This document shows, piece after piece, positions 32,204-41,507 of a DNA stretch of 64,000 nucleotides. Source of the stretch: Smithellaceae bacterium (GTDB lineage Bacteria > Desulfobacterota > Syntrophia > Syntrophales > Smithellaceae); the NCBI GenBank assembly GCA_963667845.2, contig CAXXVL010000002.1, positions 2,144,001-2,208,000 on the forward strand, read 5' to 3'. Position numbers and translations under genes: made by a program. Below the pieces are notes generated by a model. The model was not told where the DNA came from. It saw nothing but the letters and a program-made list of their open reading frames with translations, and ran no database searches. The number at the start of each line of letters is the position of its first letter. Positions within the stretch are counted from its first letter, which is position 1.

Positions 32204-33709
32204 ATGAGAACCAAGCAGGATTATATTAAGGGCCTGTCCAAAATGAAACGCAATATCTATTTCGATGGACAGTTGATCGACCGCACCGACGAACTGCAGA
32301 TGGATTGTCTCAATACGATCGGGTTGACCTATGACGAGGCGGAAAAACCGGAAAATCAGGAGTTGATGACGGCGATTTCTCACCTGACCGGCGAGCGCAT
32401 CAACCGGTTTACACATATTCACCAGAACACGGACGACTTGCATAAGAAGCAGGACATGACCAGAATGATGTGCCAGAAAGTCGGCGGCTGCGTTCAGCGC
32501 TGCATGGGTATCGACGCATCGAATGCGATCTACAATGTTTCCTACGAAGCCGATAAAATGAATAACGGAGAAACTCAATATCATGAGAACTTCAAAAAGT
32601 GGCTGACCCGTTTCCAGACCGAAGACCTGATCGGCTGCTGCGCCCAGACGGATGTGAAAGGGGACCGCTTGCTGCGGCCCTCACAGCAGCCCAATCCGGG
32701 CGCTTATTTGAGGATTAAGGAAAGACTCAAAGACGGAATCGTGGTCGAAGGATGCAAGGTGCATATCTCGGAGGCCTCCGTGGCGGATGAGGTGCTGGTC
32801 ACCCCGACGCGGGCGCTGCTCAAAGATGATAAGGATTGGGCGGTTTCCTTTGCCGTTCCCGGAGACTGGGAAGGTCTCAAGCAGGTCGTCACCATCCATA
32901 ATCTCCGGCCGCGGGAACATTACAAACGCGGTGTGACCCAGGGGGCCACGGATTCCTATATGATCTTCGACAATTGTTTCGTTCCGTGGGAAAGGGTCTT
33001 TCTGGCGGGTGAAACGATGCTGGGCGGGGCCATGGCGCTGCTGTTCGCTCTGTTCCACAGGCATTCCTACTCGGGCTGCAAACCGGCGATCGGTGACCTC
33101 ATCCTGGGAACGGCCGCTCTGGCGGCCGAGGCGAACAACATCCACAAAGAATCCCATGTCCGGGAAAAACTGGCCGAGTTGATCATGACAACCGAACTGG
33201 GCTACGCGGCCGGCTACACGGCTTCCGATCTGGGCAAGCCGGAATTGTATGTTCCGGGATACGGGTTTGTTCCCTTTGGACCGGGCTCCTATATTCCCCA
33301 TTCCATCTACTGTAACGTCGGCCGCTGTATGTCCGGGGAAGCGGTCTGGCGGGAGGCGGAGATCGTTTGTGACATCGCCGGCGGAGTTCCCGCCACATTC
33401 CCGCACGAGAAGGATTTCTTAAATCCGGAAACGGGGGAACTTCTTCTGAAATACACCAAGCGAAGTCCCAACATGTCGGCCGAGGATCAGGCCCAGCTCT
33501 GGCGCCTCATCGGCGACAGTCTCTGTTCGGCCTCCGGCGGCATTGCCAAAATCGGCGGTTATCACGGCGGCGGCTCGCCGATCATGGAGCAGATCGCAAT
33601 CACGACGCAGTACGATATCGAATCGCGCAAGAAACTGGTCAAGTATATCGCCGGCATGAGCGGCGGGGACCGGGAAGCCTTAAGCAGAAAATCAACATCT
33701 AAAAAATAG
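32204..33709 (+). CDS. 4-hydroxybutyryl-CoA dehydratase/vinylacetyl-CoA isomerase-like protein (AbfD/HpaB family)
   Basis: INRFTH, CVQRCMG, QTDVKGDR, FVPWERVF, HRHSYSGCK and HGGGS motifs; the AbfD-type 3 Cys + His Fe-S ligands appear retained. Confidence 0.85.
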   Translation: MRTKQDYIKGLSKMKRNIYFDGQLIDRTDELQMDCLNTIGLTYDEAEKPENQELMTAISHLTGERINRFTHIHQNTDDLHKKQDMTRMMCQKVGGCVQRCMGIDASNAIYNVSYEADKMNNGETQYHENFKKWLTRFQTEDLIGCCAQTDVKGDRLLRPSQQPNPGAYLRIKERLKDGIVVEGCKVHISEASVADEVLVTPTRALLKDDKDWAVSFAVPGDWEGLKQVVTIHNLRPREHYKRGVTQGATDSYMIFDNCFVPWERVFLAGETMLGGAMALLFALFHRHSYSGCKPAIGDLILGTAALAAEANNIHKESHVREKLAELIMTTELGYAAGYTASDLGKPELYVPGYGFVPFGPGSYIPHSIYCNVGRCMSGEAVWREAEIVCDIAGGVPATFPHEKDFLNPETGELLLKYTKRSPNMSAEDQAQLWRLIGDSLCSASGGIAKIGGYHGGGSPIMEQIAITTQYDIESRKKLVKYIAGMSGGDREALSRKSTSKK

Positions 33710-33747
33710 ACCGGGTAAACTCAAATACTTCAAGGAGGTTCTAACCT

Positions 33748-35418
33748 ATGACAATGAAGCCCTGGCATAAATTTTACGATTACTATGTTCCTCAAACCAT
33801 CCGTTATCCCCAGTATCCTGCGCAGCGCATCTTTCAGTTGACCGCCGGGCAGGTTCCCAATAAAATTTGCACCAATTTTTACGGATCGGAGCTGACCTTC
33901 TGGCAGGTTCGCGAACAGGTCCTGCGTCTGGCCAACGCCTTGGCTGCCAAAGGGGTAAAGAAAGGCGACCGCATCGGCATCCAGCTGCCCAACATACCGC
34001 AATTCATTGTATCCTACCTGGCCGTTTTGCATCTGGGCGGCATCGTCGTAAACATCAATCCGCTGTATACGCCGACGGAACTCAAGTTCATCATCGAGAA
34101 CACTTCGATGGAGACGCTCATTACCTTTGACATGATTCTGCCCAATGTGCGTCCCGTCGTCAAGGAAACGGGACTCACGCGTGTCGTCGTCACAAAAGTC
34201 ACGGATTACATCAATGGTCTGGGTGTCAGCACGGCCAAGAGCCTTGATCTGGAGGAAGGCTGGCTGCATTTTTCCGAACTCATTGAGAACTGCAAGGATA
34301 CGAGGCCGCCGCGCGTTCTCATCGTGCCTGACGACCCGGCGATGATTCAGTTCACCGGCGGCACGACGGGGTTCCCGAAGGGAGCGCTTTTGACGCACGG
34401 AAACCTGGTGGCCGCCACTTTTCAGTGCGGCATGTGGGCTTCGCCCGGTGCGTATTCGGCCGCAGCCCCGCCCCAGCAGGAACGAAGCGCCTTGTGCGCC
34501 CTGCCTTTCTTCCATGTGTATGGTAATATCGCGGCGATGAACTGGGCGTTTTTCGGCTGCGCCACGCAGATTCTGGTGCCGCGGTTTGACATCGACGAGA
34601 TTCTGGATACCATCGTCAAGGCCGGCCATATCACGTATTTCCCGGCGGTTCCGACGATGATCACGGCCATTGTCAATCATCCCAAGGCTGCCAGCCTCGA
34701 CCTGGGCAAGTATATCGGCCTGCTCAACTCCGGCGGCGCGCCGATGCCGACGGAGCTCATCGAGCGCGTTATCGATCTGGGCATTACGTTTAACGAAGGA
34801 TACGGCTTGAGTGAAACAAGCTCAATCACGATTGCCAACCCGATTTCCGCAAGCAAGGTCGGCTCCATCGGCATCCCGATGGCGGACAATGATTTCCGGC
34901 TGGTGAATGTCGAAAACGGCGTTGATGATGTTAAACCGGGCGAAGCAGGCGAGCTCCTGGTCAAAGGTCCCACCGTGATGAAAGGCTACTGGAACAATCC
35001 GGAAGAGACGAAGAACCAGTTGACCGACGGCTGGCTCCACACGGGTGACATCGCGCAGCTGGACGAGGATGGTTATCTCTTCATCGTGGATCGCAAGAAG
35101 GACATGATCATCGCGAGCGGCTTCAATATTTATCCGCGGGAGATTGAAGAGGTCCTTTATGAACACCCCAAGGTTTCCGAAGCAGTGGCCATCGGCATTC
35201 CGCATGACTACCGCGGGGAGACGGTGAAGATCTTCGTCGTCCTGCAGCCCGGCGCAAAAGCCACGGAGCAGGAGATCATCGATTTCTGCAAGGAAAAGAT
35301 GACCGCTTACAAGGTGCCCAAGGTGGTGGAATTCCGTGACGCCGTGCCCAAGTCGGCTGTCGGCAAGATTTTGCGCAAGGTGCTGAGGGATGAAGAAGTG
35401 GCGAAGCTGAAAAAATAA
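33748..35418 (+). CDS. Long-chain fatty acid--CoA ligase (paralog of 13105-14775)
   Basis: QFTGGTTGFPKG, EGYGLSE, GWLHTGD and PKSAVGKILR motifs. Confidence 0.93.
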   Translation: MTMKPWHKFYDYYVPQTIRYPQYPAQRIFQLTAGQVPNKICTNFYGSELTFWQVREQVLRLANALAAKGVKKGDRIGIQLPNIPQFIVSYLAVLHLGGIVVNINPLYTPTELKFIIENTSMETLITFDMILPNVRPVVKETGLTRVVVTKVTDYINGLGVSTAKSLDLEEGWLHFSELIENCKDTRPPRVLIVPDDPAMIQFTGGTTGFPKGALLTHGNLVAATFQCGMWASPGAYSAAAPPQQERSALCALPFFHVYGNIAAMNWAFFGCATQILVPRFDIDEILDTIVKAGHITYFPAVPTMITAIVNHPKAASLDLGKYIGLLNSGGAPMPTELIERVIDLGITFNEGYGLSETSSITIANPISASKVGSIGIPMADNDFRLVNVENGVDDVKPGEAGELLVKGPTVMKGYWNNPEETKNQLTDGWLHTGDIAQLDEDGYLFIVDRKKDMIIASGFNIYPREIEEVLYEHPKVSEAVAIGIPHDYRGETVKIFVVLQPGAKATEQEIIDFCKEKMTAYKVPKVVEFRDAVPKSAVGKILRKVLRDEEVAKLKK

Positions 35419-35503
35419 ACACCATGCGGGTGCCGTCTTCACGCCCGGTGGGGGCGTTGACGACGGCACCCCATTTTAAATTCCGTTCGGGAAGGAGAAA
35501 AAA

Positions 35504-36655
35504 ATGAAAGCTGAAGACGTAAAGAAGATTACCATGGTCGGCGCGGGGGATATGGGGCATGGGATTGCGGCCTCTTTTTTACAGGGCGGCTATACCGTCG
35601 TTCTGAGGGACATCGAACAGCGGTTTGTGGACAAGGGCATGGCCGGCATCAAGGCCAGCTTTGACAAATTCAAGGAGAAGGGCAAGATAACACCGGAGGC
35701 CTATGATGACGCCTTTAAGCGGCTGATCCCGATGGTTGATCTGCAGACGGCGGTGAAGGATGCGGATTTTATCATCGAAGCGGTTCCCGAGAAACTGGAA
35801 CTCAAGAAAAGCGTTTTTGCCGACCTGGACAAGTTTGCGCCCAAGCACGCCATTCTGGCGTCGAACACCTCCAATATCAGCATCTCGGAAATTGCGACTG
35901 CAACGGCCAGACCCGACAAGGTCATCGGCTATCATTTTTTCAATCCGGCACTGCTCATGAAACTCGTGGAAGTAATCAAGGGCAATAAGACCTCGGACGA
36001 ATCGATTCAGATCGGTTATGACCTGGCCAAGAAGATCAAGAAGGTCCCGGTCATTGTGAAGAAGGACTCTCCCGGATTCATTTACAACCGGGTCAACGAA
36101 CCGACGCTGGTTCTGCTTTCGAAAGTCGTTGAAGCCGGGCATCCCACGCCGGAGGAATTTGACGCGGCCCTGAAACCCATCATGCCCATGGCCCCGTTTG
36201 AACTCCTCGACTACGTCGGCATCGATATCGCTCTGCACGGGCTGGAATACTTTGCGCAGGTGCTTTCCAAGGACTACAAGCCCTCCGACGCCATTATGGC
36301 CTATCTGAAATCGGGCAACCTCGGCAAGAAAACCGGCAAAGGGTTCTATGACTGGTCGAAGGGCCGGCCGACGATCGATCTTAGCAAAGCCACCAAGGAA
36401 TTTGATCTGAATCATCTGGTTGCGCTGCAGGTCAATGAGGCAACCAAGATTTTGGAAGAAGGCGTTGCCGATGATCCCAAAGAGGTCGATCTGGCGATGG
36501 CCAACGGCGGTGGATCACCGTTCGGCCCCTTCGCGCTGGCTCAGGGCATCGGCTATCCTGTGCTGCTTGCGAAACTCGAAGAAGTGTACAAAAAGTTCCC
36601 TCTGGATATTTTCAAGCCGACCAAGACCATGAAGGAAGGCAAGATTAAAGTCTGA
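35504..36655 (+). CDS. 3-hydroxyacyl-CoA dehydrogenase
   Basis: GAGDMGHG, IIEAVPE, ASNTS, HFFNP and PGFIYNR motifs; duplicated C-terminal domain. Confidence 0.93.
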   Translation: MKAEDVKKITMVGAGDMGHGIAASFLQGGYTVVLRDIEQRFVDKGMAGIKASFDKFKEKGKITPEAYDDAFKRLIPMVDLQTAVKDADFIIEAVPEKLELKKSVFADLDKFAPKHAILASNTSNISISEIATATARPDKVIGYHFFNPALLMKLVEVIKGNKTSDESIQIGYDLAKKIKKVPVIVKKDSPGFIYNRVNEPTLVLLSKVVEAGHPTPEEFDAALKPIMPMAPFELLDYVGIDIALHGLEYFAQVLSKDYKPSDAIMAYLKSGNLGKKTGKGFYDWSKGRPTIDLSKATKEFDLNHLVALQVNEATKILEEGVADDPKEVDLAMANGGGSPFGPFALAQGIGYPVLLAKLEEVYKKFPLDIFKPTKTMKEGKIKV

Positions 36656-36736
36656 TTCCATCCATTGCCGGAATCTGCGGGAGAATTTCAGGAAATATTT
36701 AGAACAGCACATCAATGACTTTAGGAGACAGTTTCA

Positions 36737-37915
36737 ATGAAAGAATGCGTGGTAATCGACGGTGTGAGAAGTGTTAATGCGCGGGCTCATAAGGATAAGG
36801 GCTGGTTCAGGAATGTCCGGCCGGAAGAATTGCTGATCAAGGTCTATCAGGCTCTTTTTGAGCGGAACCCCAAAGTGAAACCTGAAGAAGTCGAAGCGGT
36901 TTTCTGTGGAACGGCCAATCAGGCGGGTATGCAGAACGACATCGCAAGGCTGGCGTGGTTGTCCGGCGGTTTTCCGGAAGTCGTGGCGTCCAATGGTATC
37001 AACCAGCAGTGCCCGTCGGGCATGGCGGCAACGGAACATGCAGCGCGGGCCATCATGTGCGGTGAGGGTGACATCTATATTGCCTCGGGCGTTGAGGATA
37101 TGGAGAAAGTTCCCATGATGTTTGCAATGGATATTTCTCCGAAACTCCTGGACCGCTACAATATGGGAGACCTTCCGATGGGGAACACGGCCGAAAAGGT
37201 GGCCGAACTATGGAAAGTAAGCCGGAAAGATGCGGAACTGATGGCCTACTGGAGCAACAAGAAGGCGGCAGCGGCCCGGGATGCCGGTAAATTTGCCGGG
37301 GAGATTGTTCCCATTGAAGGCCAGAAGGAAGACGGTACAAAATTCATGGTCACGACGGATCAGTGGATTCGCGATGATGTATCTCTGGAACAGATGGCCA
37401 CCATGAAGACGCCTTTTAAGGAAAACGGCGTGGTCACGGCCGGCGTTTCTTCTCCACTCACGGCCGGTGCGGCGGCGCTCCTTCTCATGAACAGGGAGAA
37501 GGCTGATGAACTGGGTCTTGACTATCATATCAAGTATGCCGGCGGCGCCATGGCGGGATGTGATCCTACGGTCATGGGTGTCGGCCCCATTTATGCAGCC
37601 AGAAAGCTTTTGCAACGGGCCGGGCTGTCCGTAAAAGATATCGGCGTTTGGGAACTCAACGAGGCCTTTGGAAGCCAGGGGCTGGCCTGTCTTCGTGAGC
37701 TGGGAATTGCCCAGAACGCACCTTTCGACAACGTCAACGTCTGGGGCGGCGCCCTGGCGCTGGGCCATCCCTTGGGAGAATCTGGCTGCCGGATCATTGT
37801 GACGCTCAACAACATTATGAAGACGGACTTCAAGGACGCCAAATACGGCATCGCCATGCTCTGCGGCGGTTTCGGAAACGGCAACGCCTCTTTGTGGCAG
37901 AAAGTTGATAAATAG
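36737..37915 (+). CDS. Thiolase (acetyl-CoA C-acyltransferase)
   Basis: NQQCPSG, NEAF, GGALALGHPLG and MLCGGFG motifs. Confidence 0.93.
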   Translation: MKECVVIDGVRSVNARAHKDKGWFRNVRPEELLIKVYQALFERNPKVKPEEVEAVFCGTANQAGMQNDIARLAWLSGGFPEVVASNGINQQCPSGMAATEHAARAIMCGEGDIYIASGVEDMEKVPMMFAMDISPKLLDRYNMGDLPMGNTAEKVAELWKVSRKDAELMAYWSNKKAAAARDAGKFAGEIVPIEGQKEDGTKFMVTTDQWIRDDVSLEQMATMKTPFKENGVVTAGVSSPLTAGAAALLLMNREKADELGLDYHIKYAGGAMAGCDPTVMGVGPIYAARKLLQRAGLSVKDIGVWELNEAFGSQGLACLRELGIAQNAPFDNVNVWGGALALGHPLGESGCRIIVTLNNIMKTDFKDAKYGIAMLCGGFGNGNASLWQKVDK

Positions 37916-38418
37916 AGTTTTTTCTGATGTCTTGGTCGGGGAGATTGCAGGTTGATCTCCCCGACCAGCATTCGGAGAGACGTCGAACTGGCGGGCAGAG
38001 CACAGGAAATCCGATTTTCAGATCACGTGATGCCGGCCATGATCGAAACAATCGACTCAAGACCGGTATTGAAAAATTTGACAGGAAACCCCTTTTTTTG
38101 ATCACCGACTCCAAAGGCGGTGTTTCAGTATTAGCTTTACAATATCGTCATTTCGCCGCGTGCCCTTTAGGGTAAGCGCAGCGAGAAATCTTAGCAAAGG
38201 TAGAGCGATGAAAGATATCTCCCCGGCACGTGTGACATCGCGTGACCTTCAGGTGATCAGGTTATTCGCCGGGCTGTCGCCTTCGATCGATATGACAAGC
38301 GTTACTGGAAAGACTACAGTACATTGCGGAAAGCAATGAGGGCACCACAAAGGCAGTTCGTGAAATGGAAATCTAAGCGGGAGGAGATTTTTCATATCAG
38401 GAACATTAGGGAGGATGG

Positions 38419-39219
38419 ATGGAAAAACGACTGGAAGGTAAAGTGGCGATTGTGACCGGCGCGGGGCAGACACCGGGACAAACTGTCGGCAACGGCCGGG
38501 CGATTGCAATCCTCTTTGCCCGGGCGGGAGCGAAGGTGTTGCTCATCGACCGCAATCTGCAATCCGCTCAGGAAACACGGGACATCATCGCAAAGGAAGG
38601 CGGCGAATCATTTGCTATGGCGGTGGATGTGACGTCATCAGAAGATTGTCGCCGGATGGCCGAGGAATGCATAAAACGCTGGGACCGGATTGATATTCTG
38701 GTTAACAATGTCGGTACGGGCGGAGAGGCGCTGGGTCCGATCAATCTCAAAGAAGAAGACTGGGACAGGATTTACAACGTCAACGTCAGAAGCGTCTTTT
38801 TAACGTGCAAGCATGTCATGCCGTTCATGGAACGGCAGGGAGCGGGCTCGATTGTGAATATATCGTCGATTGCCTCGGTTTGTGCGACTCCGATGCTGGC
38901 TTACAAGTCGTCAAAGTCCGCGCTAAATTCTGTGACGCATTCCATCGCCTTCAATTACGCAGCGAAAGGGATTCGAGCCAATGTGATCATGCCCGGGTTT
39001 ATCGACACGCCGATGGCCATCGAAGGAAATTTGAAATACCGCAACATCAGCCGGGAAGATCTTTATAAAGAACGGGAGAGCCGGATTCCATTGAAAGGCG
39101 GCATGGGTACAGGCTGGGACACAGCGTACGCCGCACTCTTCTTCGCTTCCGATGAGTCCAAATTCATCACCGGTGCGGTCCTGCCGGTCGATGGTGGACA
39201 ATCGAGTAGAATAGGATGA
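38419..39219 (+). CDS. Short-chain dehydrogenase/reductase
   Basis: GKVAIVTGAG, LVNNVG, YKSSK and PGFIDTP motifs. Confidence 0.92.
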   Translation: MEKRLEGKVAIVTGAGQTPGQTVGNGRAIAILFARAGAKVLLIDRNLQSAQETRDIIAKEGGESFAMAVDVTSSEDCRRMAEECIKRWDRIDILVNNVGTGGEALGPINLKEEDWDRIYNVNVRSVFLTCKHVMPFMERQGAGSIVNISSIASVCATPMLAYKSSKSALNSVTHSIAFNYAAKGIRANVIMPGFIDTPMAIEGNLKYRNISREDLYKERESRIPLKGGMGTGWDTAYAALFFASDESKFITGAVLPVDGGQSSRIG

Positions 39220-39302
39220 AATAAGAAAGGTACAAGGTACAAGAACTCATTGTCCACCTTTGACCTTGAACCTTGATCCTTGAACCTCCTAAAGGAGTCT
39301 CC

Positions 39303-39830
39303 ATGGCACGTCTAACGTATCCTTCTGAAGCATCCGCTTCTGCGGAATTTCAAAATACCTACAAACGGATTCGGGAAAGAGGCGGCAAGGTTCTCAACCT
39401 CTTTAAAATCATGTCGTATTCTCCCGAAGTCGGCAGGCAGTTCCTGCAACTTGGGAATGTCATTTTGTTCAAAGGAATTGTGCCCAAGGCGCTTCGCGAA
39501 CTGGCAATTCTACGCGTGGGAAACCTGTATTCGGCAAACTACGAATGGACGCAGCATGTGCCCATTGCGCTCAGGGTGGGTGTCCGTCAATCCCAGATTG
39601 ACGCGCTGCCCGGCTGGCTGAACTCGCCGGAGTTTAACGATCAGGAAAAAGCAGTGCTTCATTATACGGATGAAGTAACGCTGAATACGCGGGCTGGAGA
39701 TGATGCATTTAACGCTGTACGGTCGTTCTTAAATGAAGAGGCGATCGTGGAACTGACCACGACCATCAGTTATTATGGAATGGTCTGCCGGATACTGGAA
39801 ACATTGCAGGTGGAACTGGAACAGGAGTAA
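39303..39830 (+). CDS. Carboxymuconolactone decarboxylase (CMD/AhpD-like) family protein
   Basis: LRELAILRVG...YEWTQH; AAGGAG RBS before ATG at 39303. Confidence 0.85.
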   Translation: MARLTYPSEASASAEFQNTYKRIRERGGKVLNLFKIMSYSPEVGRQFLQLGNVILFKGIVPKALRELAILRVGNLYSANYEWTQHVPIALRVGVRQSQIDALPGWLNSPEFNDQEKAVLHYTDEVTLNTRAGDDAFNAVRSFLNEEAIVELTTTISYYGMVCRILETLQVELEQE

Positions 39831-39834
39831 GAAG

Positions 39835-40599
39835 ATGGATTTAGATTTGAAGGGAAAGGTCGCCCTCATTACCGGCGGCTCGAAGGGAATCGGCCTGGCC
39901 TGTGCACAGATGCTGGCGGCGGAGGGCTGCCCTCTGTATCTCGCGGCACGCAGCGAATCGGACTTGCTTGACGCCAAAAAAGATCTGGAATCGCGCTTCG
40001 CCGTACCGGTGGAAATTCATTCCGTCGATCTGAGTGCGGGGGATGAAGCGCGTCGTCTGGCTGCGGATTTGACCGATATTGATATCCTGGTCAACAACGC
40101 CGGCGCGATCCCGCGCGGTGACCTCTGGCAGATCAATGAGCCGCGCTGGCGCGAGGCCTGGGACCTTAAAGTGTTCGGCTACATCAATTTGTGCCGTGCC
40201 GTCTATCCGCAGATGAAGGCGCGCGGCAAAGGCGTTATCATCAACGTCATCGGCGCGGCGGGAGAAAGGCCGCGCCTGGACTACATCACCGGCGGAACAG
40301 CCAATGCAGCGCTCATGGCCTTCACCCGGGCGCTGGGCGCGAAGAGCCTGAAAGACGGCATCCGCGTCGTGGCAGTAAACCCCGGGCTGATTCAAACGCA
40401 AAGGCTGGAAACTCTGCTGGCAGGGCTTGCGCAGTCAAAATTCAACGACCCGACACGCTGGAAAGAGCTGATGCCCGCCGATCCGCGGCCGGGCATGCCC
40501 GAAGATATCGCGAACGTCGTCGCGTTTCTCGCATCGGATCGTGCGCAGTATATCACCGGCACCGTCGTCACTGCGGACGGCGGAATTACCGGCAATTGA
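39835..40599 (+). CDS. Short-chain dehydrogenase/reductase (atypical; no YxxxK)
   Basis: ITGGSKGIG, ILVNNAG, WDLKVFG and VNPG motifs. Confidence 0.88.
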   Translation: MDLDLKGKVALITGGSKGIGLACAQMLAAEGCPLYLAARSESDLLDAKKDLESRFAVPVEIHSVDLSAGDEARRLAADLTDIDILVNNAGAIPRGDLWQINEPRWREAWDLKVFGYINLCRAVYPQMKARGKGVIINVIGAAGERPRLDYITGGTANAALMAFTRALGAKSLKDGIRVVAVNPGLIQTQRLETLLAGLAQSKFNDPTRWKELMPADPRPGMPEDIANVVAFLASDRAQYITGTVVTADGGITGN

Positions 40600-40664
40600 A
40601 AAGATGGATCAGAGATCGGGAAACTTGATGAGTCGTTGAGCGTCTTACCTGAGCCATAATTAAA

Positions 40665-40733
40665 TCATTGCATAAAATGGCCTGTTGGACATTGCAGAGA
40701 TTGCGGCGCTTCCTGAGAAAGCTCGCAATGACA
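40665..40733. repeat. Degenerate copy of the GTCATTGCG...CGCAATGAC palindromic element
   Basis: TCATTGC...GAGATTGC...CTCGCAATGACA, compare 6179-6247. Confidence 0.55.
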
Positions 40734-40768
40734 GAATTGCCGGAATAACGGTTTAGGACAAAGAAGCC

Positions 40769-41386
40769 ATGTGCGGGCGTTTTGTGTTGATTACGGATTT
40801 GTCGGTTATCGGACGGGATTTCATCGTGCCCAATGTCCTGGTCAGTTTTTCCGCAAGCCGCGACGTCAGCCCCGGCCAGCGGATTCCCGCCGTTGTCCGG
40901 CGGGGCGGGCACAATGAGCTCGTACTTTTCCAGTGGGGTCTCATCCCCGCCTGGTGCCGAGACCCGTCCATCGGCGCAAAGCTGTTCAATGCGCGGGCCG
41001 AAACGATTGCCGAAAAGCCCAGTTTCAAAAATGCATTTTTCAACAGAAGATGTCTGATTCCCGCCGACGGCTTCTTTGAGTGGAAAAAAGAAGGCGGCAA
41101 AAAAATTCCCTATTACTTCTTTCTCAAGTCCGGAAAACCGATGGGCTTTGCCGGGCTTTTCGAAACATGGATTGCCCCGGATAAAAAAGCCATTCAGACG
41201 TGTACCATCATCACGACTCAGCCCAATGCAATCGTCGAACCCATCCACGACCGCATGCCGGTCATTGTCCCCGAGGTTGCCCGGGAGCTCTGGCTCAATC
41301 CGGCCGTTAAAGACCCGGCAAGGCTCTGCAATCTTCTACAGCCCTATCCGGCAGAAGAAATGGCTTGCCGGCCGGCCGATTCATAG
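40769..41386 (+). CDS. SOS response-associated peptidase (SRAP/YedK/HMCES family)
   Basis: N-terminal MCGRF, WGLIP, NARAET, RCLIPADGFFEW and HDRMPVI motifs. Confidence 0.93.
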   Translation: MCGRFVLITDLSVIGRDFIVPNVLVSFSASRDVSPGQRIPAVVRRGGHNELVLFQWGLIPAWCRDPSIGAKLFNARAETIAEKPSFKNAFFNRRCLIPADGFFEWKKEGGKKIPYYFFLKSGKPMGFAGLFETWIAPDKKAIQTCTIITTQPNAIVEPIHDRMPVIVPEVARELWLNPAVKDPARLCNLLQPYPAEEMACRPADS

Positions 41387-41507
41387 CCGGACCTTCATGT
41401 TTCCAAAAGCACACGGGTCTGGCCGGCATCCGAATTCATTTGACAGACAGGACTGTTCTGCTTATGTTTTCATCGTGATAGAATAAGTTCATTAAGGCGT
41501 CAGGACC

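Noticed and set aside
40700..40768. SOS box upstream of the SRAP gene linking it to the LexA-like cassette
   Set aside because: No GAAC-N4-GTTC or similar palindrome is visible upstream.
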